NCBI GenBank assembly: GCA_043228905.1
Contig: JBHGNT010000002.1
Span: 17,856,001 to 17,920,000, forward strand
DNA length: 64,000 bases
Direction: 5' to 3'
From: Azolla caroliniana
Lineage: Eukaryota > Plantae > Polypodiophyta
Below are positions 10,909 to 22,776 of this stretch, piece after piece; the stretch's first letter is position 1, and each line of letters starts with the position of its first letter. The notes under the pieces are model-generated. The model ran no database searches. It was not told the DNA's origin and saw only the letters and a list, made by a program, of their open reading frames with translations. The position numbers were made by a program, and so were the translations under genes.

Positions 10909-12767
10909 AAACCTAGGAATCATGCACCCAACCATGTATGCATGTCAACAAGATTTAATATATAAATGTCATATTAAACTAGAGATAAGATATAGAATCA
11001 AGATCATTAGTTGTGTCAAATGTCATATATTTTCGCTTGCATATGATTGTGTCAAATGTCTTACTCAAGTATTGCCCTAATATCATTAATTGTTAAGGCC
11101 ATACAAAATCACCAACCAGTATTATTATACCCACATAACATTAATTTGACTAATTTATTTTGTCTTTTAAATTGATTCACATGTAGATAAATGAATTCAT
11201 AAGGATGCATAAAATATTCCTTTTCAAAATAACGGAATGGTATCAATTAAACAAACCATATGGTTTTGTGTTGCATCCTCTACATCACTTCTTAATAGAC
11301 ACTTAAATGTGAAAGCATGCACTTAAGAAACAAATATAAAATATTGTATGACAAATCTAACTATACACAATCATAGGGAAAAGAGGAAATACGGTAACAT
11401 AACAAGAAGGGAGGAAAATATCAATAAAGGAACATGGCAAGTTGAGATTTGAATAATGAGCAATTGATGCTCCCAACGTAAATGTCAAAACAACATCGTT
11501 GCAAGTTGGGAGTAATAATTCGCCACCAATGTTAAACAAATTATCTGAATAATCTCCTGTAAGTATATTATAGCAAATATCACATGTTTATATTTGACAA
11601 TTATAAATCATATGGCTTTGGTCACCCATTTGAAGTGCCTCAAATGAATTGCGTATAACACTTGAATCCACCAAGAATGGGGTAGTTCCCTAGGTGGGAA
11701 AGGGTTTCACTCACCCATAAATTCAAGTGACTCAGATTTTAGATTTATTGGAACTTTAAATTCAGTTGGCTAGTATAATATGTCATCTACCCAATGGAGT
11801 GGGTTCCACTCCTAAAAAAAGTGTGACACTTTTAGCTAGATAGAATTCTAGGGCTTTCACTCATTGGATGGGCCAAAAAATGGCACATGAGGCTCCATTT
11901 TCCAATACTAAGTAACATTTTTCACGTGAAAACCAAATTGATTTGTCACTACATACTTGTGTGCTAGGAACTGAATTCTCCTAATGTGTTGCCCACCATG
12001 TGACACACCCCTTGTTGGCAATATAGGTGAGTGTACAACTAGCCTTGAATTATATAACCTCTATCAAAGCCTTTTTGTTACACATACAAAAGATGATAAA
12101 CCTTAATTATAAAGATGAAATATCAAGGAGAAGATTTTTCTAACGATATTGAAAATGTCATCGTCCGATATCAAGTGATATATGAAAATCAACTATAAGG
12201 GGGACGATGAAAAGTCCAAATAAGAAAAAATAAATACCTTTGTTGGCTTGATGTGAGTTAATTTACATAGGAAACTTGGTGAGTTTAGAAACATCATCAT
12301 TTTCACATGCACAATGCCTCTCTTTGCCAAGGTTTCTTTGTATGTATTAGCAAGGGCATTTACACACAAAGTAGCAAAAATGCATTGATGCAAAGTAAGC
12401 TAAAACCTAATTGTAATAGTGAATTGGGCAAGAGTGGCTCTTTTGAGACAAAGTTCAAAATGTGTTAGTTGTTCACAAATCTCGGGGTGCATGTGAGTCA
12501 ATATCAATTCAAGGTGGAAGACGAGAGGTGGGATTAAGGAAAATAAATACCTTTGGGGGTGCATAATACATAGAGAACATTGGGTGTGTGGCGAGATGCG
12601 GCAGCAATACATAGGGTGCTTGCTTAGTGTTGTCAGTTCACATCAATGTGGGGGGATATTTGTGGGCATGACAAGGCAAAAGGACAATCCGACGACCACA
12701 TAGTGCAAGTGACAATGATCCCACACTCGAATGTCAGGATTGGGTCATCTCATTTCGTGAACAACAT

Positions 12768-13066
12768 TCACGATGGGAATGACGATGAAGAAGAAGAAGA
12801 TGATGACGATCGATCTCGGCGACGGAGATCAACAACCACGACGGAGATGTTGTCTCCGCTACCCTTCTCATTGGCCGCATACACGAGGGCCGCAGCGGCC
12901 GTTTGTGGGTCGCGTAGGAACCGCCGGGCAATGTTGCATGCCTCTTGGTTGGTCACCACATCCCACAAGCCATCACTCGCGAGAATGAGGCACTCGTCCT
13001 CATCCGACCGGCGAGTGACTGTCACTTCGGGATCGGCTATCACGTGTGGCTTGAAGTAATGGTCGC
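12768..13066 (-). CDS. Clade-A-type protein phosphatase 2C, exon 4 (last)
   Basis: TCTCAG acceptor; [40 protein letters not shown]; poly-Ser tail; stop at 12768. Confidence 0.93.
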
Positions 13067-13183
13067 CTGAGACAAAAAGAAATAACGAACGCAATGTCTA
13101 TATCATCAATCATCATGTCTGCACCCCACAAACGCCATAGCATGAATAATACCCCACCCCCTCCCCCCTTCCGCCTCACTCAC

Positions 13184-13289
13184 CTATAGCTCTGGACATC
13201 GCAAGGATGCCAAGCACCCGATACCCGTTCCATGAGATTACCCTCCCGCCAGATGCTTCAATTCTAGCCATCTCATCCTCCCGCTCCGG
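13184..13289 (-). CDS. PP2C exon 3
   Basis: AAG acceptor and GTGAG donor. [36 protein letters not shown] contains the clade-A receptor-contact Trp. Confidence 0.92.
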
Positions 13290-13449
13290 CTTTTGATTTT
13301 GTTGTTTGTTTACATGCACACGACACAAAACCCATTTTGTCAACGATGCTCAACATATTATGTATGTATGTATGTATGTGGTTATATGCATCTTCCTAAT
13401 AATTTAAAGGTCACTCCATATTTGATACACGAAGCATCATATCATGTTA

Positions 13450-13694
13450 GTATGTGTATGTGTATGTGTATGTGTATGTGTACGTGTACGTGTACGTGTA
13501 CGTGTACGTGTACGTGTACGTGTACGTGTACGTGTACGTGTACGTGTAGTGTAGGTGTATGTGTATGTTTATGTGTATGTGTATGTGTATGTGTATGTGT
13601 ACGTGTATGTGTATGTGTACGTGTACGTGTACGTGTACGTGTATGTGTGTGTATGTGTATGTGTATGTGTACGTGTATGTGTGTGTGTGTGTGT
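13450..13694. repeat. Compound hexamer microsatellite (TGTATG)n/(TGTACG)n in PP2C intron 2
   Basis: Directly visible; an almost uninterrupted alternating purine-pyrimidine tract. Confidence 0.95.
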
Positions 13695-15203
13695 TTGACT
13701 TGTTTGTACTTGTGGGCTTTGTCAAAGATAGTTTGTCTCTAAGCCAAGTGTTCTAGAAATCTCATATGTTTATTACGCGCAAAAATGTTATCATAAAATA
13801 TATATCGAGTTTTATTCCATTTATCTCTTAACTAACCAATGACTTCAGAAAATCAAATTACGTTTTTAGCAAACAATGACACACTTGTCCCCAAACACAA
13901 GTGGTATAAGTCAAAATTTTAGGTTTAAACACAAAAGCTAAACAATCAATCAAAACCGAGGCCCAAATTTTGGTTTTCCCATTTTTTAGATTTTAATTTT
14001 GGATTTGCTTTTACTCAATAAGTAAGATTTAACAAGATATTGGGTCATGGTCGTTCATAATGATCGTGGATTTTACCTTGGACCCATATGCTCATCAATG
14101 GAATAGCCATTAGCATTTCATTCTTCCTTAATGATCTCTTGAGTTTCTTTTTAACTCAAGTAATATGCTCATAAAAGTTGTAATGTTGGGTTTTTTAATT
14201 GGTAGTGTTTCAATTCTAACTTGTAAAAGTAATATGCTCATAGGATGGATAAGTAGCAATTTACAAGCTTAAATGCATTACCATTCACTTACTCAATGTA
14301 TTACTACATGATGTCTTATGTGTGAAAATTCAAAGTTTGAGATAATAGTTTTTTATTACTTGCCAAACCAAAAGAGCCCAAAAATCATCGAGAGGTAGGA
14401 GAAAGAGACCCCCCACAATCACGTTGGACGTTAATGCTTTGATGACAGTTTTTAGAAATTTCCCATAAAGTCAATCCAATTGTAATTTAGGTAGAAGACA
14501 AACACTACGTGGCATCTTTGTTTCCGTATAATGTATTCACTAATTTATCCACTAATTTATCCAAAGCTTATGAAGCACAAAAAGTGTATCCAATAAGTGA
14601 TCTAAAGTTAGAAAACCAACACTAAATGACAACTAGGTTTGCACTAAGTATATCCAATCGACATCTATTGTTTCTATTGTTTAAAAGAGACTAACGCTCT
14701 TTCCGCATGTAATATTTGCCATGAAAATACGTTCATCTTTTTTTCCATCTTTATATGGATTCTAAGTTGTTGACAATTGTAACCTAACCGTCTAGCATAA
14801 TCAAATGAAAACAATGCCATTTTGCTACTTCAAAAATAGTCTTCTTTCATAAGTCAATTTCCCACCCAACATCTACTACACTTGATCACATGAAAACAAT
14901 CCCATTTTGAGTCGTCAAGTGATTCATCTATTCTTTGCAATCTAGACTTAATTGTTATGTAGTCTTTAGGTTAAAAGTTGACATTCTCACTTAATTTACT
15001 TTGATCACCTATAGATTGCATGTCATCTCTAGATTTTACTACTAAACGTATACTCCAATATACAATATAGAATCTTCATAGTGAAGCATTTTAAACATAA
15101 TATAAGTCAAATCGGGTAAGTTCAACAGCTCATGATCAATGTCAAAGAAAAAGATTGCCTCTTCTTTTTAGATCCTAACTTACAACATGTGTATGTCCAT
15201 TGC

Positions 15204-15460
15204 AGGATTGTGATATTCTCCTCCATGACTAAAGTTTCCTCTTTTCAAACATGTGAACATTGTTTCTCATGAATAATTATTCAGTTTAGGAACCGATTAA
15301 AGACAAGACTACTTGCGTTTTAGAACAAATATAGGATTGTGATATTTGCTCCATGACTAAAGTTTCCCCTTTTCAAACATGTGACCATTGGTTCTCATGT
15401 ATAATTATTAGGTTTAAGAACCTATGAAAGACGAGAGTAATTATTTTTATGAACAAATAG
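15204..15460. repeat. Diverged 129-bp tandem duplication in PP2C intron 2
   Basis: AGGATTGTGATATT..CTCCATGACTAAAGTTTCC at 15204 and 15333. Confidence 0.85.
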
Positions 15461-15731
15461 CTTAGGTAAATAAAACCAATCTCTTGTAGATCCACATGTA
15501 AGCAACATTTGAAACGTAATGTTTCCACGCATGTGTTTCCAATGCTTTAGGAAGGGGCAACCTTTAACTTTGCCAAGGGACTTTAAAGTTAGGATCATGG
15601 AGTCATTATTGAGAGTTCTTAGATTTTGTCATTAAGCAAAACAAAAATACCTCACACAATTAAAATACCTAATTGAAATGGCATTGAAGAGCTACATTAT
15701 TGTGAGATAGAGAGACAGCAATAAGACTTAC

Positions 15732-16070
15732 TTTGTGATCTTCCGAAAGTGGGATAGCTTGACGACGTCGACATAACACAGCACGAGAATCTCCACAATT
15801 ACCAACGATGATATGATGATAACTTAGCACGGCAATGATAGCCGTGGAACCAACTGAGCCTAATGAGGGAGGAAGAGGATTGGCACTATTACTTGCACTA
15901 GAGCCCACTTCACAATCCATTCTCAAGAAGGTGGTCTTTATGCAATCCCCCCACAACACTTCGTGACCGTGCTCCCCATCATTTACATGCCTTTGGACTT
16001 CATTGGCACATTGCCGGGTGACTTCCTCCGCTAGTGCAAGGTGAAGATGATCCCGACAATGGATCGCCAC
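15732..16070 (-). CDS. PP2C exon 2
   Basis: TAG acceptor and GTAAGT donor, phase 0 at both ends. VAIHCRDHLH..VGSTA..VGNCGDSRAVLCR..LSEDHK. Confidence 0.93.
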
Positions 16071-16776
16071 CTAGACACAAGCAAACAACAATACATCATT
16101 GGAAACACCCCCCTTTGGCAAGTAAGGAAAGTGTAATAATGTCGAAATGGACTGTATAGTAAACAACCCTTAAGCATGGTTTAAATTTCAATGGTTCCAA
16201 CGTGGGACGTCAAATACCAAGTTAATAAGTTCGAACAATTCAAGGACTCAAACCCAAACAAAACAAGACATAGACACATTTCCGGTGCCCATGTGAGCAT
16301 CTTTGGTTGTGTGAAAACAACCTCCATAATTCATCTCATTCTGTTAAGTGGGTGACCACAATCTTGAATCAACAATCTAGTGTTAAGGGTAGGATAAAAA
16401 TGGGTCAAGGACATTGGACCATAAGACACCGAAGCGAAGGAAGCAAGGAAAAGGCAAAAGGCCAAAGACAAAAAATAGGAAGCATCTCTTAGGTAAGGAT
16501 ACGGCCCAGCCCCCGTCCCACCCCCATCTTTGGGAGCATATGAAACACCCCTTAGATAGAGATATCTATTTGGCCAATGGCAACAACTTCTTCTTTAAAA
16601 AGCTACCAAATAACAGGGACAAGCACCAACAGCCCTTTGGGCAAAGCCAAAGACCAGATATAGCCAGCACATAACCATGGCAGACAACCTAAAGACCATA
16701 ATATGAAACCTCCCTTTTAGATAAAGACAGAGAAGCACAGGAGACTTTGATCTGATTCAGACAGAGTTTTTGGTAC

Positions 16777-17244
16777 CTGCGATCCGCCATGGCCATCATA
16801 GACACCAAAGAAATGGAGGTCAGAGAAGCCTTTGCGATGCGGAAGAGAGAGGAAGTTGTGTGCTATCGCAAACGTGTCCTCCATGTCTTGCCTCCTCCCG
16901 CACACCGATCTCCACCCTGTCCTCGGAGGTCGCCGGATCGATTCCGCATTATTCACTCCAATTCTTGCCTTACTTACAGGCCTAACCTCCTCCTGATCTT
17001 GCTCTTGCTCCTGCTCCTGCTCCTGATCCTGCTCCTCCTCTTCTTCTTGTCCTTCTTCTTGCTCGTTTGATTGTTGACCTGATCCAACATTTCCAGTCGC
17101 CACGGCGGAATCAGCCGCACCTATTAACGCTGATCCTCCTTCGTCCTCTGCCGTGGATCTTTCAGGAGCCAAATCTGAGGTCTTGATCAGCACTGAACCC
17201 TTGTCATCACCCGCCTCTGATGTTCCCCCTCCTATCTCCTCCAT
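16777..17244 (-). CDS. PP2C exon 1 (spliced product about 403 aa)
   Basis: ATG at 17244, E/Q-rich N-terminus, SVCGRRQDMED, FFGVYDGHGGSQ, GTACC donor. All four exons join in frame. Confidence 0.9.
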
Positions 17245-17575
17245 CTGCTAATGTTCTGATCACGTGAAGAAATCCTAACCCTAAGAAGCCTAATGGTGTT
17301 GTATAGTAGCATTCTATAGACTCGTTTGTTATGTCATAAGGAACCGATCTTTTACATCTGTAATGTGTGTGCACACACGCACGCACGCACGCACTCAGAG
17401 AGACAGAGACAAGAGAGGGATCTAGGCAGGTTTAGAGAAACAGGGAAAAGGAAGAGGGGGATCAAGAAGCGATGGAAGAAGAAGGGGAAGAAGAAGAGAG
17501 ACAAGAGAATCAATGGTGTTTTATGTAGTAAAAAAAAGAACTCCTTTTTCTCCGGTAAAAGGTTTCTGTGTATTC

Positions 17576-17578
<3 letters not shown>

Positions 17579-17631
<53 letters not shown>

Positions 17632-17694
17632 CTATCTGTGAGGAAAGAGACGACGCGTGTCGCTCCCTCATTGTATGTGGAGCTAGCCAATCAG
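17579..17694 (-). promoter_or_regulatory. Putative PP2C core promoter: (TC)n/GAGA tract, CE3-like ACGCGTGTC (17653-17661), CCAAT box (about 17687)
   Basis: Motifs are visible upstream of the ATG; CE3/ABRE-type elements are typical of ABA-inducible clade-A PP2C genes. The TSS cannot be determined. Confidence 0.45.
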
Positions 17695-17904
17695 ATGCTG
17701 CCAGCGCTCTCTCTCTCTCCACCTTGGTTTTGTCGGAGAGCGGTATGTGTCGTGTGTTTGTGTCTGTGTGAGAGAGTGAGAGTGAAGGGGAGAGAGTGCA
17801 GGAGAGAGAGAGAGAGAGAGGGCTTATGTGTCTTGTGTTTGTGTCTGTGTGAGAGAGTGAGAGTGAGAGTGAAGGGGGGAGAGAGAGAGAGAGAGAGAGA
17901 GAGA

Positions 17905-18140
17905 GCCCAGATGGATGTAGCTGAGTTGGTAAGGTTACCCAATGGAGACCAAGTGGTCGTGGGTTCAACCAGGTTGCCCAATGGAGACCATGTGGTCATG
18001 GGTTCAACCCCTACATTCCACATTGGCATCTAGTGAATTTATACGGGGTATATAAGAAGTATATAATAGAGAGGTGAGGAAGTTGGGTTTCAAACCCATA
18101 ACTCAATGCTTGTAGTACTAACAACTTACCACTAGGGTAA
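17905..18140. mobile_element. Short tRNA-derived double-headed element (copy 2) with an internal 39-bp duplication
   Basis: Reverse-complement match to 8974-9167. A box TAGCTGAGTTGG at 17918, B box GGTTCAACC duplicated, (GA)n on both sides. Confidence 0.78.
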
Positions 18141-19859
18141 GGTAATTACAATAAAATAGAGAGAGAGAGAGATGTTCTTATGTAGCTAAGGGTCACATTT
18201 ACACCTAGCCATTCAAATGTCCCAACTCCATTCAACCCACAAATATTTGTGTCACCCTCCTTAAACCGTCCCAAGGCTTCTTCTCGATGTCCACCCTACC
18301 TTGAACGTCACATTAATGGTTGTGAACATTCACACGCCGTTGACACTCGTGGAAGTACCGAACTATACCCCCATCAAATAAGAACCCATTTCTCATCTAT
18401 GTGGTGGTTCTACTCCTCAATTGTCTCCATCAAATAAGAACCCATTTCTCATTTCCCATCAAATAGTGATACGCAAACCCGCCCTCCATACCTACACAGT
18501 TGTCAAGTGATGTGGTTGTCCTCATGTTATGTCGCGAGCAATATGATGTGTTTAAGGAAGGCACTTATTAGCACACTCGAAAGTTTGAGTGTTAGTTGGT
18601 CAACAACTTTTGATTATAATTGGTTATTAGTGTGGCATTTGAAGGTTTCCTTGCATCTATGTTGGGGCTAAATTTCCAAACATATTCACCTTACCAAATC
18701 ATAACGAGTGTTCTACAATCCCCACTCAAACTTGTGATTCCTTAAAACTAGACATTTATATAGGTTGTTTATATAATAATCTTTATTTGTCAACACTAAA
18801 AGAAGCAGCGGGAAACCATTGAAAAGTAAATTTAACTGTCATGAACTAAAAGTAGTCTGTGCACTAAGGCTTTTTTATATAATTAGTTCTACCCATGCTA
18901 TTAGTTTACTCTAGTTTTGGTATACCCATTTTTAGACTATCTAAGAGTGGCATAATATACCAATTTTGAGCTAAATAAGATAAATTGTATTCAATAAATT
19001 TACGTGAGTTGAGACTCGAGAGTGGATATTATCTAATCAAAGTGACCAAAATCTAATGTGAAATCTACAAGAATGATAACGTGGAACAGCAAAGCGCTAA
19101 CAAGTTACACAATAATAATCAAATACTAAGGTGTCTTTACACGATTTGGGTTGTGGAAAACTTTAAACCAAATGGATGATCTAAAAGAAAACATGTAGTT
19201 TAAGCAACTCTTCCTCTTCGATGATGTTCACATTGATAAGGATTTTATACTAAATGAGATTTTGATGTACAAATTCAAAGACCAATCAAATGGAAACCTT
19301 ACAAAATTTATTGGAGTTCAAAACACTGATTTCTGTGAAGTTGAAAAGTTTAGGAAGTGAAATATTGATAGGATCACTACAATAAGACATTGAAAATTTT
19401 AGGAAGTGAAATCTTCATAGGCTCATCACAATAAGCCATCCTCCCCCACACTTTTGAATGCTTATTATCCTCTCGAAAGCCATTAAATTTAAACATACGC
19501 CAATATTTTTCATCCCAATATTAAGATTCATAAGAGACAAGAGCCATCAACTTGGGGAAATTTACTACATTGCCATTTGATTTTGCTCAAATTTCATTGT
19601 GTTAAATTGTAACTTATGCCCATTTACATTTTGTAGCATTTTTATTAACATGTCACAATCATGAGGCTTCAATCATTGTTTTATTATGATAGATGAAAAC
19701 CTTTCCAAAAATAACAATTTACATTCAATCAAGGTTAATTTAGTCTATACTTTTTTCTTTTCTTTTCTTTTTCCAAAAATAACTCCTTCCATTAGTTATA
19801 AAATTTTTCAAATGAGACAATTATGTACAAATCCTTGTAGGGACGCGATAGTTCCATCT

Positions 19860-20700
19860 TATGTGGATGCCCATTAACTCAAGAAAGGGAGAGGACGACC
19901 ATTGTTGGATAAAGGCTATTCGTTGTCTTTCAACTCCATCGGAGCCACCCTTGAGGCCATCATATTAGCTCTTTAGAGTGGCTACAATTTCACTCCATAT
20001 CTCTTGCAGTAGCCTTGTTGGATGCACGGTTTGGTTGGAGAAGACCCGTCTACACCGTTGTTTCCATAGAATCCATAAGAGTTATTGGGTTGACTAATTC
20101 CAACACAGCTTGAGCTTTGTCATTAAGAGGAGTTGAGTGGATATTGCCGCTGGTGGAGAAAAAAACCTCTTGTGCTTTTATCACCAAAGTCATCCCCTCC
20201 TCCTAATGCTCGTATCTGCCAACTGAGGTTTGCCATGATAGCCAACATATATTTCCCCACTTGATGGAGCCTTGCACTTGGCATAATTGCAACAAGCAGT
20301 CAACCCCCCACCATATTTGATGGGACGTTGGCCAGTCCCACAGAGCGTGTCGCATTGATTCTACTACATGTGGGCACTCTACACAATTAGGAGAGCTAAG
20401 GTTCCCACGTTGCCATGCTCCCACCGGTAAGGACTTATGTATTAATAGCCATTGGAACATGGTAATTCGCCTCACATGTTGTTGTTTCCAAATTTTCTGC
20501 CAAAACTTGGTGATAATTTACTCTATACTGCTTAATAGTGAGAGGTTGAATCTTCGAGCTACCATATGATCCTCCAAAACCAAGTAGGATTGCTCTAGCT
20601 AAGCTTTTTCGAGTGCAAATAGGAATGACCCATTTATCTATATTGTGCAGATTGAAAGGTATAAGCAAGATTCAACTCATTAATCCAATTCCATTCTATT
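19860..20700 (-). mobile_element. L1-clade LINE 3' remnant (zf-RVT region)
   Basis: ORF 20203-20475 FQWLLIHKSLPV..CVECPHVVESMRHALWD..W matches the plant L1 zf-RVT pattern. Boundaries approximate. Confidence 0.7.
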
Positions 20701-21619
20701 ATCAACCCTCATTGGGTTGATGTTACAAGTTTCACTTACGTATGTTGACTTGCTAGGGACCCTTCAATCTCCAAGTCTTGTAAACACAAACTATAAGTTG
20801 ACAATGATAGAGGGCTTCCCACATTGCTTATTATTTAGGATGGAAATATGGCTTGCATAATGGTGTTTTACCCTAAGGCTTGTGCGTAGACCTCTTGTCC
20901 ATACCCCTATTGGCATTACTTGCAACTTGATGGGAGCTTGATCATAGGGCAAGGACTCACTTAGTTACCATTGTTTCATTATTCACAAGGAAGAGAGAAT
21001 CAATTATAATACTTAGCCAATTAAATGACACATTGATTAGATGCACAAAGGCGGAAACAAAATGAACAGTGTAAAAACAAAATGATCTACATAAAAATTG
21101 TATTGAGGCCAAACATAAATTTTGTATATTTCAACCATTTTTACTCATGTGCCTTGTGGATAAATTTTATGTATGATTTGATGGGTTGCAACCCCTACAT
21201 TGTTGTTCTAGGTTTGTAATGGTTGCTGAAATGGTGCTACTGACTTCTTCTCTGATGAGAACAAGGCTCGATCGTGCATTTCTTCAACCGATACTCACAA
21301 ACAACGGTGCCATCAAAACTATGACACAAGCATGAGGTGATGCGAAGCAATTGTGAGATTGTTATGAGAATTAATGTCATATTTTTTTGGTAATAACAAT
21401 CCTATGAGGCTTAATATTTCCAATCTAAAATATTGATCGAAGGCAAAATAAATGTAAGAAACATGGTCATTGTAGTTTTTGGGGAACCTCTTTATTAGGC
21501 GACAATGGCTAATGCCAAATGGGTGTGTAATGTGAAAGATACTTTTGGGTTTCCAATTTGTATAAATGCTCAAGAGATCTTATGTAAAAAGAACCCAACT
21601 TTGGGGCTACCATTAACAA

Positions 21620-21805
21620 TCGGCAACGGTTTGGTTTGGTTTGAGAGGGGCAAAACCAAACTGGTTTGGAACCAAACCGTCTAGACATTTTGAAACCCGA
21701 AATTGAACCGAAATGAACCATGAAACCATTAAACTGAACCGTTAATTTCAAACCGTTAAACCATATAAAACCATGGTTTTGTGGTTCAGTTTCGGTTTTC
21801 AACTT
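21620..21805. mobile_element. hAT-like subterminal repeat cluster (AACCG/CGGTT)
   Basis: Dense AAACCG/GAACC motifs in both orientations. No TIR or TSD resolved. Confidence 0.45.
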
Positions 21806-22517
21806 AGGTCAATTTTTAATTTTTAAATTTAAAATATTTTATTATTTTAAATGTTTAAAGATGTTTGTAAAATGTGAGAATAAGGTCTAAAAATGAAAAG
21901 ATTGTTTAAAAACAATTTTTTAAAATTTTTAGATTTTTTTTTACAAAATTTTAAAAGTTTTTAAAATAAAAAACAAACCCGTTTGGTTCTCATTCTCTCT
22001 CTTCTACTAAGAGCCACTTTCTTCCATGTAACTTTTCCACACTAATTAATTGAGATATATCTATTTTTTACTATAAAACTATCTATTTAATTGAGACACT
22101 TAAGATGTTTCTTATTTACTAATTCTCGATAATATTTCTTAATTTGTGTTGTCATTAAGTGTATGTTAATGTTGGTTTAACTTAAGAAGCCTTCAAGGAG
22201 TCCATGATTGCATAGAGTCGAGAGGTAAGTGCTTTTATGTCTTGAAGTGTGGCGTGGCCGTTGTTATTGAGTAGTGGCATCTCCAATCACTTGTTTAACC
22301 TTTCAGTGGAAGGGGTTTGGTAGTTGTTAGTCTATTTCTAGGTGCATACCTATGACAGGTTGAGAATGGTCACTCTAATGAAGTTAGTGGTTGGGTGTTT
22401 CCCTTTTGTCTATCTAGCATAATGAATATTGGTTACCGATGTAAAAATAAATTAATTTTATTTGCATCTAGCATTGGAAGGGATTGGGCCATTAGTTGTG
22501 CATGGGACCAAGAGGGC

Positions 22518-22776
22518 AACATATTGAGGTGATATAAAGTGGTTGTACCAATCCTGCCGAGCTTGATGTGGGGTATTTAGGAATATTGATTGTTGTAGTT
22601 TTTGGGGTGTTCTTAGGGATCACATTTGTGTCAATCAACAGATAGTGGTGGCGGGAAACATATTGAGGTGATATAAAGTTGTTGTACCAATCCTGTCGAG
22701 CTTGATGTGGGGTATTTAGGAATATTGATTGTTGTAGTTTTTGAGGTGTTCTTAGGGATCACATTTGTGTCAATCT
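22518..22776. repeat. Tandem duplication with a 139-bp period
   Basis: AACATATTGAGGTGATATAAAG...GTGTCAATC at 22518 and 22657. Confidence 0.9.

Noticed and set aside
13293-13756. Cys/Val- and Thr/Tyr-repeat ORFs
   Set aside because: Translations of an intronic hexamer microsatellite.
14400-14900. hAT transposase remnant in the PP2C intron
   Set aside because: Only faint ERIF/RCRL-like words; insufficient support.
17905-18015. Functional tRNA gene (also considered for the boxes in LTRs)
   Set aside because: A and B boxes are present but no complete cloverleaf or acceptor stem could be built.
17326-18033. 235-aa plus-strand ORF and overlapping ORFs
   Set aside because: Made of (GA)n microsatellites and the tRNA-derived repeat.
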